A stretch of 64,000 nt of DNA from Asterias rubens (lineage: Eukaryota), in the NCBI RefSeq assembly GCF_902459465.1, contig NC_047080.1:1240001-1304000 (forward strand), read 5' to 3'. This document shows, in pieces, positions 53,501-64,000 of the stretch. Below the pieces are notes generated by a model. That model was not told the origin of the DNA. It worked only from the letters and a program-made list of their open reading frames with translations, and did not search any database. The position numbers and the translations under genes were made by a program. Within the stretch, counting starts at the first letter, position 1. Each line of letters starts with the position of its first letter.

Positions 53501-54748
53501 GATTTTACTGATTTTGTTTTTCTTTGTACTGTTTAATAATAAAACGGAAATTGGTACACAAGAGACAATAATATTCCCTGCAACCCAAGAGCTGATTTTC
53601 CTGGACGTTTGCCTCATAAATTACGCTTTGAATTTACAAAAGCAAAACACTCTTTTAGCTGTTGGCCAATGATGTCCCCCAATATTGAAATTTCTCTCTC
53701 ATTAAAACTACATGGTTTTAACTTTTCAGTCCTAAATGTTGTTTTGTAAATATCTTTGTTTTTTCTTTTAGGTTTGGGTATTTGAGGAGGATAGAATCTG
53801 CATTCGTCCAGATCGCAAATACACAAGTTATAGCTCGGTATTAGGACATAGCTACGTTGTACCCGAAGAGGTAAATCATTTGCCAACTCAATAAATTTTG
53901 TTTGTTTGCTCTAAATAGACTCGGTAAAATATTTCGAGACGAACACAACTGTCATTCATTTACTTTACTCATGAACTCAGTTTATTAGTTTTCCACGGCT
54001 TGAATATTAAACTTTACTGCAGACCTAAGGCCAGTTGTTTTACAGTCAGGCCAATAAATGTTTAAAGGCAGTGGACACTATTGGTAATTACTCAAAATAA
54101 TTAATAGCATAAAAACTTACTTGGTATCGAGTAATAGGAGAGGTTGATAGTACAAAAAACTGTGAAAAACGGCTTCCCCTGAAGTGATGTAGTTTTCGAG
54201 AAAGAAGTAATTTTCCATGAATTTTATTTCGAGACCTCAAGCACACAACTTCGTGTGAAAAGGGTTTTTTTTCTTTCATTATTATTCGCAACGTCATCGT
54301 CCAATTGAGCTCAAATTTTCACAGGTTTGTTATTTTGTGCATATGTTGAGATACACTAAGTGAGAAGACTGGTCTTTGTCAATTACCAATACATGTAGTG
54401 TCTAGTGTCTTTAACCAGAAAAGTCTGGCCGTCTTGTGTTTTTCAATTGAATATCAATTCATGTATCTCATTTTCTGTCCATTACAAAAATGTCTTGTCC
54501 AGTAAACATTGTGAACTACATGCCCTGTGGGATTTTTGTCCCCAAATCAAGCCTCGTTATCTTGTTTAGTACAATGCAAATTCTCCTGATCCTCACAAGA
54601 CCTTGTTTGTTTTTACCATCTTTGTTTATAGGTTGAATATGAATCAAAGGCCCCTATACAGTTATACAGCCAACTTGACAAACTCTATAAGATGTTTACG
54701 GATAAGTACACAGGAGGAGACAACAGAAGTGACAGCGAATATATTTAA
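47584..54748 (+). CDS. HSD17B7: 3-keto-steroid reductase / 17-beta-hydroxysteroid dehydrogenase 7 (SDR family), 341 aa
   Basis: 9 exons: 47584-47627, 48780-48983, 49426-49518, 51126-51243, 52004-52116, 52582-52762, 53436-53492, 53772-53870, 54632-54748. Motifs TGANSGIG, LCLACRN, LDFLYLNAGIMP, TNIFGHF, IVWTSS and catalytic YSSSK. Confidence 0.93.
48060..48615 (+). mobile_element. CR1/L2-clade LINE 3' fragment in HSD17B7 intron 1
   Basis: Degenerate MMYKI..LVDIP and YFPRTIRDWKDLP motifs, ending in an (AAG)n tail at 48599-48615. Confidence 0.65.
49624..49760. mobile_element. Palindromic MITE
   Basis: aaggccggtttatagtcggtcg...cgaccgactataactcggcctt. Confidence 0.7.
52947..53136. mobile_element. 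Harbinger-like MITE with CAG flanks
   Basis: cag|gggccaatttcatagagct...agctctatgaaattgggcc|cag. Confidence 0.7.
54066..54410. mobile_element. Kolobok-like MITE, copy 3
   Basis: ttaa|aggcagtggacactattgg...tagtgtct|ttaa. Confidence 0.85.
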
Positions 54749-55488
54749 AATAATAGGAATGGACAAAACTAAAGCGTATATTTGTTATCAAATGGGGCGT
54801 CACATCTGTGGGTTTATGGAAGAGTAAACTCGATTGTTTACAAGAATTTGATCAAATGAAATGTTTGTGTTTTAAACAAAGAAAATAAAAGGTTACAGAT
54901 ATTTTACACATGATAACTTGTTACCATGGAATTAAATCAGGCAACAGTTTTGGTGTGGTTTTATCTCTTGTTTTTTTTCTCGTTTTGTTTTCTTCTCAAT
55001 ATTATTCAATATAATGAATTGATATACTCACCTCCTTATTACTCGAGTAGTAAAGATATTGGACTAAAATTAAGCCATTGCCAAGTCAAAAATTATTAAA
55101 TATTAATTGATATGTCAAGGCAAAACACTTGATTTTTATATAATCAGGTTTGACTGGTTTGAAAGGAAGCTATTGGGAATCAGTGCCTTTTTATCTTCAA
55201 TTATGAAGTATTTTGTAAAATTTTACCATTTGTAGATGTGAGAATTTAAGTCTCTCTACAGACTTATTTTATAAATTAATATCATAATAATGCTATAACC
55301 AAAAATGGAACGTTCATGTTACTATTTAAATATCTAACAATTTATAATGTGCAATGTAAATCATAAATTCTTAAATTGTTTTAGCCATTCTTGTCTTCCA
55401 GTGACTTACGTAACAAAAGTATGTATTCCTTAGAATCCATAACCAGTATTCTTATTTATGAAAATGATAATTTTAGTCTGCATGGGAA

Positions 55489-55687
55489 TACACCGATCCA
55501 TTAGGCCCCGCCCACGGCGCACGTATGAGCAAGAACACGTGAGCTTCTCCAATGCCATTCTGCACAACTCTGACGCACGCCGAGCATATGGGCATGCATG
55601 TCGGACCTTATAGTGTCGGAATTTTGGTTGTGCAATGGGTTGTGATTGGTCAATACGCAATGGGGTGGAGCTTAATGGATCGGTCTA
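55489..55687. mobile_element. MITE between the HSD17B7 and torsin 3' ends
   Basis: accgatccattaggccccgccc...ggggtggagcttaatggatcggt inverted repeat. Confidence 0.65.
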
Positions 55688-56159
55688 TTGCATACCAGTT
55701 GTTCTTCCAGGCAACCAATTTACAGGCAACCAGTTCCAGGCAATCTTCACAATGGAAAGGCACTCACATTTGAATGTTCGCATATTATTTAGGATCTTAA
55801 GACATTATTTTTTGAGAGGTACTCCTGTGCTACCAAAGTGGTCCTGTAGCATGCACTGCAAGTTGCCTGAAAAAGTTGCCTCGTGTAACAAGGCCATAGC
55901 ACATGGATCTGGTAAACAGCTGAAAATTTGGTTTCTCCAAACAATTATTCCTTTCTCTGATAAATGTTTGCATTCTTTTATTCTAATAAGTGATTTTCAT
56001 TAAGAGAGGCTATCATCAAATTATAACTATTCAAGTTGGTGCTTTAATTCAAACTGAGTATATTTTGCCAATCAAATTGCACCAATTTAGCAGGTAATTT
56101 TTTAGGGTTTTGTGAGTTTGGTTTTGATACTGAAGATTGTGTTTGGAATTAAAAGTGTT

Positions 56160-58291
56160 TTAAAACGACTTCTTAAATTCAAATAGTGGTTTTGTCTTCT
56201 CTTTGTGGATTAAACCGACTTTACTTGAAACCTTCTTACAGCCAGAAACTGAAAACATTGGCCAATCTTCTGGGATGTAAGTCATCTGATCTGCCACCCA
56301 CTCTAATCGCTCCTCTGTGATTGTTAAGTTGTTTCTACTTAGGCTTTGTTTTGCACACTCTTTAATGTGAGATCTTTCAAGGGGGAGGAAGGGGATACGA
56401 ATGAAGGCCCCTGGTGGTAACCATGTCCAGAATGGGTCCTGCTTGTCGAGGCTTGCTACAAGGTGCTTCCAGGGTTCCTGCCAATTAGGGTGTGGGAGTG
56501 TCAGAGACTGACGATCTTGTCCTCGCTTCATATTCACTACGAGGAAATCACTGATGGATTGCGAACCAATCAATGTCATAATAATGATGACTTTGAGATG
56601 TTGAGACTGCGCTGGCGAGTCTTGGGTGTCGAGCTGTGAGAGAGTTTGGCCGAGTGTTTGAATCAAATCCTGGGGAATGTCATCTCGAAGCTCATCAAAG
56701 ATGAAAAAAGAAATGCAGCATCTTTTGTCCTCTTGCATAGGTCTGTTTACCCAATCTTGAAGAATCTTCATGTATATTTCTTTCGACTGAGTTGTCTCTG
56801 ATCTTAAAAACAAATCAACACTCAATAGGTTAATGCAAGGCTCTTTCTTAGTATTACTCGAGATGCTCTCTGCTAGTATGTCCGCAGTAAAGCTCTTACC
56901 TACTCCAGAACTGCCATGGAAGAACATAATAAGAGGTTTGTTGCTACCAGATTCTCCAGATGCATCCAGGGTGTCCAAGATAAAATTCATTGCAACAGGC
57001 TGCCCAACAAGATTTCTTTGAAGTTCATTTTTGACATGAGAAATGTTTATCTTTTGACACTTTTCACTAGTACTAAAGAAAGGCACAAGGCAACCAGATG
57101 GTGACTTTGAGCACCAAACCAGTATTGTTATTGCAAGCAGAAACAACACAATGATGCATGTGAGAAAGCAGCAACAAGTTCCTAGGATACCACGAGACAG
57201 TGTCTCTTCAGGGTGGTCTTGCTCTAAGATGCCGCTGTAACGATCCGCTTTGCTAAGATTCCTTCCCGGTTTACCATCTTTCCTGGTTTTTCGTTGGCCT
57301 CGATTGCGAACTGTGGGGTCAAGAGAACCAGGATCAGCTATTTCAGTGCTTCCAGGGGTGCCACTGTGAAGTTTATCAGGAGTATATTTTCCTCTGCTAT
57401 TTTGAATTCTCATTTCTGGTGATGTCTGTGTTACTAACGAGACATTCTGATCTCTACCCAGTCCGCCTCGCGGTGACAGAGTTGCGGCTTTTCTCTCTGA
57501 ACCTACTCCTCCACCTCTTGTGTCAGCAAAAGATTTGTACTTTGAGGGACTTGGAGATCCTCTTCTTGAACTTGTGCTCTGGGTCTCATCTGATGGTAAG
57601 GAGTAGCAACGCGTCTCCTGAAGACAGACTGTCTTTTGTCCTGAAGGAGAGTAGAAGACAAGAGCTCTGGACTGACGATATACTGAGGAATCAGGAGACT
57701 GGCCATTTGGCAGAACAATGTCTCTGGTTGTTGGTGAAGTACTCAAACTCTGCAATGAAAAACAGGGACAAAAATTTGTTGTATAAATTAAATGCAATGC
57801 TAAACTTCTTTTTTAATTTTTGTTTTATTATGAATCTAACACGATTGCCACAACATTTCCTGATGAAAAAACTTTGTTGGAAATTGAATTCACCTCAGGA
57901 TTTCTAAACCCTCCCCACCCCCAACAAAATATAAATAAAAACGTCAACAGGCAATGAGAGGCCACAGATTTTGTTAGCTTAGAATTATATACTCCTTGAA
58001 CGATGACTGAGGTTCGTTCTGCTGTCATCTCCACGTGTAAATGATTGCTGAACAAAACTCATAAAATCATAGTTTTAACTTTAAGTTTTAGGAGTAAGAA
58101 TTGTAGTTCTCCCTTACCCCTGGCTTGTTTTGGTTGTCATTGTGCCATGTGAGAGCCAAGCATTCGTTTGGTGGACTGCCTTGTGCTGATGAAGGTAGCA
58201 TGAGAACCGGGGAGTTTGGCATGTCCCTCTCTTCAAGTGCCTGCACTGGTGGAGGTGTGTTCCTTGGACTGCGATCGTATGGGAGAAACAT
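56160..58291 (-). CDS. TOR4A: Torsin-family AAA+ ATPase with long N-terminal low-complexity region and transmembrane helix (torsin-4A-like), about 587 aa
   Basis: Coding exons 58118-58291 and 56160-57749 (phase 0). TM ILGTCCCFLTCIIVLFLLAITILVWC; Walker A HGSSGVGKS; Walker B FFIFDE; PFLPLE and C-terminal SGCKKV torsin motifs. The start codon is inferred. Confidence 0.82.
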
Positions 58292-60001
58292 ATTGGTGAT
58301 GAACACTTCTGAAAGATAACCAAACAAAAGTCACAAATTGTGCATGATATTTGTTTAACTTTCACAAATTATTGGTAATCTTCAATAGTTTGAATCTACA
58401 ACAACTATGGAGGTAAAATTCCCTTCCACGCAACCATGCATGGAGGCTGGAAAGAACCTCCATGAACCAGCACGCGCAGCACAGACAAAGTCCACACGGG
58501 GACGTACACATGATGACAGATGACTGAGCTGAGTAAATTATAGACAGTTAATAAAACTTTAAAAAGTTTTGAGACTAGCTAAATTATTGGTTGACACTTG
58601 ACTTGACAATGCTTGATACGTCTAATCTATCTAACGCCTACGCGGTTAAATTAACGTTTCATGGTTTACAGTTACACAGTAACTCAGGCACTCCAGACCG
58701 TTTGAAAACACTAAACTTTTATAATAGTATCAATCTTAAACAACTTAATAAATTTTTTTCATAAACAATTATGATAGTTACCGTCAATGCAGAAAGGATG
58801 AAAACACCGGTTTTCCCCGTGTGGACTTCGCAAACTTCGCTAACCTACTATCTGTTAAAAGTTAGGGCGCCCTCTTTGAAGTCAATCAATTATCGAGCAT
58901 TGGCAGTTTTATGTCTTTATTGACAAAAAAAATAAAACAGTCGTTGGGTTGCTGCTGTCATAAACAATGTGGTTGCCCGGCAGCGTTACGGTATCGTGAA
59001 TTTGGATGACAAGTTTTTACAGAATATCCACCTTTGACGTGTTGTTTTCCGATTTATATGAAGGTTAGTTCTGAGATTATATGTCATAGTAAAGTTATAA
59101 CTACTTTGTATGTTTTTTTTAATGTAGTCTACGATTTTAATTGACTGACTCTGGCTGAGTCGCTGTACCGTCTCGGGCGCCATTTCTTGGCCGGGGCGGT
59201 GCGCCGCGGCGCGGCGGCGAGATGGAACGAGATGGAGGAACGAGCAACTACCGAAAAAGGTACGGGCACGGACACGGAAATGCACGGCAATGTAAACTAT
59301 GATGAAGATGTACAAGCACGAACATCGTGCAAAGGTATACTGGAAAAGATATACCGTATCCTGCCACCACATTTTCACAAACATTTTCAGAGTTTTTCAT
59401 AACGAGTGAAGTGGCAGGAAAAGGAATATCACTATCAGGATTCAGATCAGGATTATAAGTAGGATTTGAAACTTTGCATGGTGGAAATATGATGATATGG
59501 AAAGGTTTGTGGTAACACCATGTAGTGACTATCTCTACTGAGTTGGTTGGTTTTGACTCAACGTTTCGATCAGTATGATCTGATCTTTTCTCCAGAAGAC
59601 AATCAGAGCATACTGATTACTGATCGAAATGTCGAGTTGAAACCAACGGGTTCTTTTCAGAACCAGCCCAACTCATTAGAGATAGTCATTACATGGTGTT
59701 ACCGCAAACCATCCATATGATTCCTACCTCCATGATAGGATAGGATACTGATATTTTTCCATTGACCATGGGGGCCCATGACCTTTTTATAAACACAATG
59801 GAATGTTGTATATGGTTTAATGATTTATCAACTCGATTAAAACTCAATGTCTTTTTCTTCAACAGAAAGACTGAAATAAAAGTGAAACCATGGACTGCTG
59901 AAATTTTTTTTCAAAGTGAAGAGGAAGTCGACAACAGGTGCCATCCTGTACGTTTTAGATCTTCAGGCCATCCTGACTGACACAGCATCCAATCAATTAA
60001 G

Positions 60002-63000
60002 ATGGAGTTCCAACACAGTGCCAGCATGGCAAGTCTGCCGAGCATTGCTGGCTTTAGTGAACCCATAAGTGAAGCTGAAGAAATTGAAAGTGTAAGTAAA
60101 ATTCATAAGATGGATGTCGCCTACTCATAGAATTATGAGGTTCGTTCCGCTCTCATTTCCACGAACAACGATATCAAACTATTGTTTTTTTCATAGGTCA
60201 AAAGACTACAGCAGGAAGGTGATGCAGCGTTCCGCAATAAAGATTTTGCTACTGCAGCAGCATGTTACGGAGAAGCTTTAGAAATAGACACAGATAATGC
60301 ACAGCTACTGGCCAGACGAGCTGTCTCCAACATTGAGCTCAGAGAGTACGCTGAAGCAAGAAAAGATGCAGAGAATTTGATCAAGTTAAACCCTCATGTA
60401 CCTCAGGTGGGTGTCAAAATAATTATTAGCATAAAACCTTACTTGGTAACAAGTAATGGGGAGAGGTTGATAGTATAAAACATTGTGAGAAACCGCTCCC
60501 TCTGAAGTAACATAATTTTCAAGAAAGAAAGAATTTTCCATGAATTTGATTTCGAGACCTCAGAATTAGATTTTGAGGTCTCAAAATCACGCATCTGGAA
60601 GCACACAACTTCGTGTGACAAGGGTGTTTTTTTTCTTCCATTGTTATCTTGCAACTTCGACTACAAATTGAGCTCAAATTTTCACAGGTTTGTTATTTTA
60701 TGCATAATGTTGAGATACACCAAGTGAGAAGACTGGTCTTTGACAATTACCAATATTGTCCAGTGTCTTTATCCGTAATGATGTTGAATTTTTGTTAGAG
60801 TGATAAAGGATGTTAATTGCTCAAGGAAGTTAAATGTATTATTAAATGATGTTTTACTTTGCATTTTTTACAGGGACATTATCTCTTAGCTGTGAGTCTT
60901 GATAACCTGCAGTTCTATGGCTTAGCCATAAGTGCCTTCTTAAATGCCTTACATTATGATGTCAATCACCGGGATAGACTCGCAGATAATGTTGCTGTAG
61001 TCGCCGCTAATCTCTGCAACTTTCCTGAAGAGACTCTTCAGAAGTTTGTCGGTGAGTATCGATGTTTTCAGGCTCAATCAATACATGGTTGCTGCATGGA
61101 GCTATAAAAAGTTTGCATGGAGGGTTGTTGTAAGGAGGCCAGGATATTCTAGAACATTTTAAGGGGCACAAAAGGCAATGGCCAGGGGCATGGTGGCAAT
61201 TGCCTTTGTTGCCTCTGTGAAGTATCAAGCATGATGCTTCAGGCAAGTAATAATATTTGTATGTTGAAGTTTATATATGAAGCAAATACATGTATCTCTA
61301 ATTGTAAAAAATTTTTATAGCCTTTATATTTTCATAAATTATTTGGCTTGTGAGACTTGTTGAAACAAACCCCACCATAATCCCCAAAAACAAAGCTTTG
61401 AGAGGAAACACAACATAACATAATAAATCAAATTTATAAGGCGCTATTCCATCAAGGTCATAGCGCACTAGAAAGAAATTGATGTGGAAAAAGGTGAGTC
61501 TTTAGGACTTTACAAAAAGCAGATAGAGTATTTGATTCCCTAATGGCAGTTGGGAGATTGTTCCAAATCATGGGCCCATCCACACTGAAAGCCTTCCGAC
61601 CTAGAACTTTGTTTGCTCGGGGAACATTCAAGCGAGTGATGTCAAGTGTGGACCGAAGAAATCGTGGAGGAGTGATGACAGTAAAGTGGTAATATGATGA
61701 GGTGTAGTTTTGCTAAAGCATTTATAAACGAGAAGAGCAATCTTAAAACGGATTCGTTCTCTAATTGGTAGCCAATGAAGTTCCCTAAGTGATGGGGTAA
61801 TATGTTCCCTCAAGGATGTGGAACATATTAACGAGCTGCACTATTTTGTAATCTTTAAACTCTGTCCAATTCATTTCAGGGATTTTTTCTTCTTCTTCTT
61901 TTCATTTGATTTAAAGCCACTGATTACTGTTTTGATTTATTTCCCAGGGTTGTCACCTGCGGAAAAACTGCTAGAGGTTGGAGCCAACCTAAAACAAGCC
62001 AAACAGAATGTGATATGCATTGAGGTGTTACAGAGTGCCCTTGATCTAAAAACCCTAGATGAACACTGCCAACAGAGGGCGATATACAACATCGGAGCGG
62101 CACACGCTGGGAAAAAGGATTATGAATCCGCGAAAGACTACTACAAGCAGGGTCTGTCTATTGCGCTGAAACTGAAGAACCAAAGCTATGAGGCTGAAAT
62201 CTACTGTAGACTGTCTGAAGTGTATCTCCAAGATGGTAACCTGGACCAAGGAATTGTCTACTATGAGAAACTACTCTCAATCTGCAAAGACTTAGAGTTG
62301 ATAGAAAATAAAGAGGCGGAGTTTCCTGAGTATCTTGATGAAAATCTGCAACGCCTAGTTCATGAGACTCTTAGTACCGCATACAATGCAGTTAGTGATT
62401 TTCCACATGCTTTGAAGCATGCTAGAGAGAACTTAAAGGTACTTGCTGCTGATGGAACTGACGGAATTAGCAGCAGTGAACTTCTCGGGAAGGCTCACTT
62501 CACTGTGGCCTCTTTATACGAAGCCACAGGAGATTTTGAACTATCTCTTGAGAACTTTAAATCTTACCTTGCAATCACAAAAACGTCAAAAGATCGAGGA
62601 GGTATGGGGAGATCTTACGGATGCTTGGGAAGGGTCTACCATAAGTTATGTAACTATGTTCTTGCCCAGAGTCTCTATGAGCAACAACTGTTCATAGCAG
62701 AGAAATTGTCTTACCACACCATGCAGGCCACAGCTCTAAGAAGCCTTGCTAGGATTCATGAAGATTTGGGAGACTCGGACAAAGCTTTGGAGTACCTTCA
62801 ACGCTTTCTACAGATCAGCCGCAAACTTGACGAATTTGAGACCGAAATCGAAGCTTTTATTTGTATGGGTGAAGTTCATCAGGGGCAAGGAAGGCCTCAA
62901 CATGCACAACATTACTTTGAACAAGCTTTAAGTCTTGCAGAACGAGCCAAGGAGATCGACCTTGCTTACAGTAGTAGAGGTAAACTTGCCCAAGTATTAC

Positions 63001-64000
63001 TCATGTCGAGAGAAGAGAAGGATCTTGAGAAAGCTCGATTTTTAGCTGAGGAAACTGTTGCTTACTGCAGTCGAGGTCTTGAAGACAGTAAGCAAAGAAA
63101 GGAGGATCTTACATGTCTTCTTCAACAGAGTAACAGCATTGTCCAAGTTGCTCTGAAGAAACTCAAAAGACCCTTTGAGGCTCTGGAATATGCAGAGACT
63201 CAAATGAGATGTGAGTTTCTTAAGACGGTAGCGAAGAACATTGCCAGCGTTGGTGACAGTAGTGATGCCTTGGATCATTCATTGAACAGTAGTGCAACAG
63301 TTGAGGACATGTGTAAAACTGTCAACAGACAATCGGCAGTGGTTGTTTATCTGTCTCTTTGTCGTTCCTGCGTTCTCAGCTGGGTCTTAAGACCTGAAGA
63401 AGGCTGTCTAACAAGCAAAGATCAGACGATGGTAGACAATTGTCCCCAGTATGTCCAAGAACTCTTGTCTTTAGTTAGAGCTTCCTCTAACAAAGACGGA
63501 GAGTCATATGAGACCGAATACCGAGCTCTGCCCCTACAGGACTCTAAGATTCACCAATTGAAGACTTTAAATCTTGCCAAGTCTAAAAGAAAAACCATCA
63601 AGGGTATGTCTTCATCCCCTAACAGTGAAGAAGAAAAACAAAACTCACTTAAAATGTCTCCCTCAAGAAAGTTGTATGAACTTTTGTTTTCTTCAGTTGA
63701 GAGTCTACTTAAAGGGGTGAGCTCTGTTGTGATTGTCGCAGACAAAGTCTTAAGTCAAGTTCCTTTTGATGCCTTGGAAGATGAAGAAGGGGGTACATTT
63801 GGTGACAAGTTCCACCTTACCATTCTCCCTTGTATTGAAGCTCTCAAAAATGTTAAAAGCATGGAGAGAAAAGTTGATACGCAAGTGCAAACGCAAAGTA
63901 GCTCATCTCATTTGCAATCATCACCGACGCATCCCATATACTTGGATCACATGCTTAGAGTTGTCATTCCGCCCAAAGAGCGCCCCCATTCAATCATCGC
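60002..64000 (+). CDS. TTC28: TPR-repeat plus CHAT-domain protein, TTC28-like (3' end runs off the window)
   Basis: Exons 60002-60091, 60197-60406, 60874-61051 and 61948 to beyond 64000 (absent from the ORF track, presumably because no stop falls in the window; only partly translated by eye). TPRs such as GDAAFRNKDFATAAACYGEAL; CHAT start RKLYELLF...VVIVADKVLSQVPFDALED. Orthology to TTC28 is not established. Confidence 0.8.
60414..60768. mobile_element. Kolobok-like MITE, copy 4 (left TIR missing)
   Basis: Same internal sequence as 11259; begins 7 bp after the exon donor at 60407. Confidence 0.8.
61430..61830 (-). mobile_element. L2-clade LINE 3' fragment
   Basis: Reverse ORF REHITPSLRELHWLPIRERIRFKIALLVYKC, a typical L2 ORF2 C-terminus. 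Confidence 0.75.

Noticed and set aside
57419-57907. 162-aa ORF antisense to the torsin gene
   Set aside because: Shadow frame of a coding exon; no independent promoter, splice or domain evidence.
58986-59402. 132-aa (-) and 71-aa (+) ORFs in the torsin/TPR-CHAT intergenic region
   Set aside because: GC-rich promoter or leader DNA; the + ORF runs through a good splice donor at 59260.

Overview
Eukaryotic, intron-rich, AT-rich genomic DNA from a marine invertebrate deuterostome, probably an echinoderm such as a sea star (taxon is inferred, not shown). Nine spliced protein-coding genes were reconstructed by hand. In order: the 3' part of a SMYD3-like gene (+); a C2H2 zinc-finger gene with a degenerate SRF-type MADS-box-like N-terminus (+); M2 peptidase copy A (+); glomulin (-); M2 peptidase copy B (+); dopamine/tyramine beta-hydroxylase (-); HSD17B7 (+); a membrane-anchored torsin-4A-like AAA+ ATPase (-); and the 5' part of a TTC28-like TPR-CHAT gene (+). 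Introns and intergenic DNA carry many MITEs plus LINE and SINE remnants. The strongest leads are (1) the MADS-like plus C2H2 fusion; (2) two collectrin-less, probably GPI-anchored peptidases with ACE2-type active-site residues, exon-restricted homogenisation, a shared GC-AG intron and a candidate secreted isoform; (3) an AT-AC minor-spliceosome intron in SMYD3; and (4) a spliced uORF in frame with the TPR-CHAT gene across a single UGA. All alignments to human proteins were done from memory and by eye; no searches were run.
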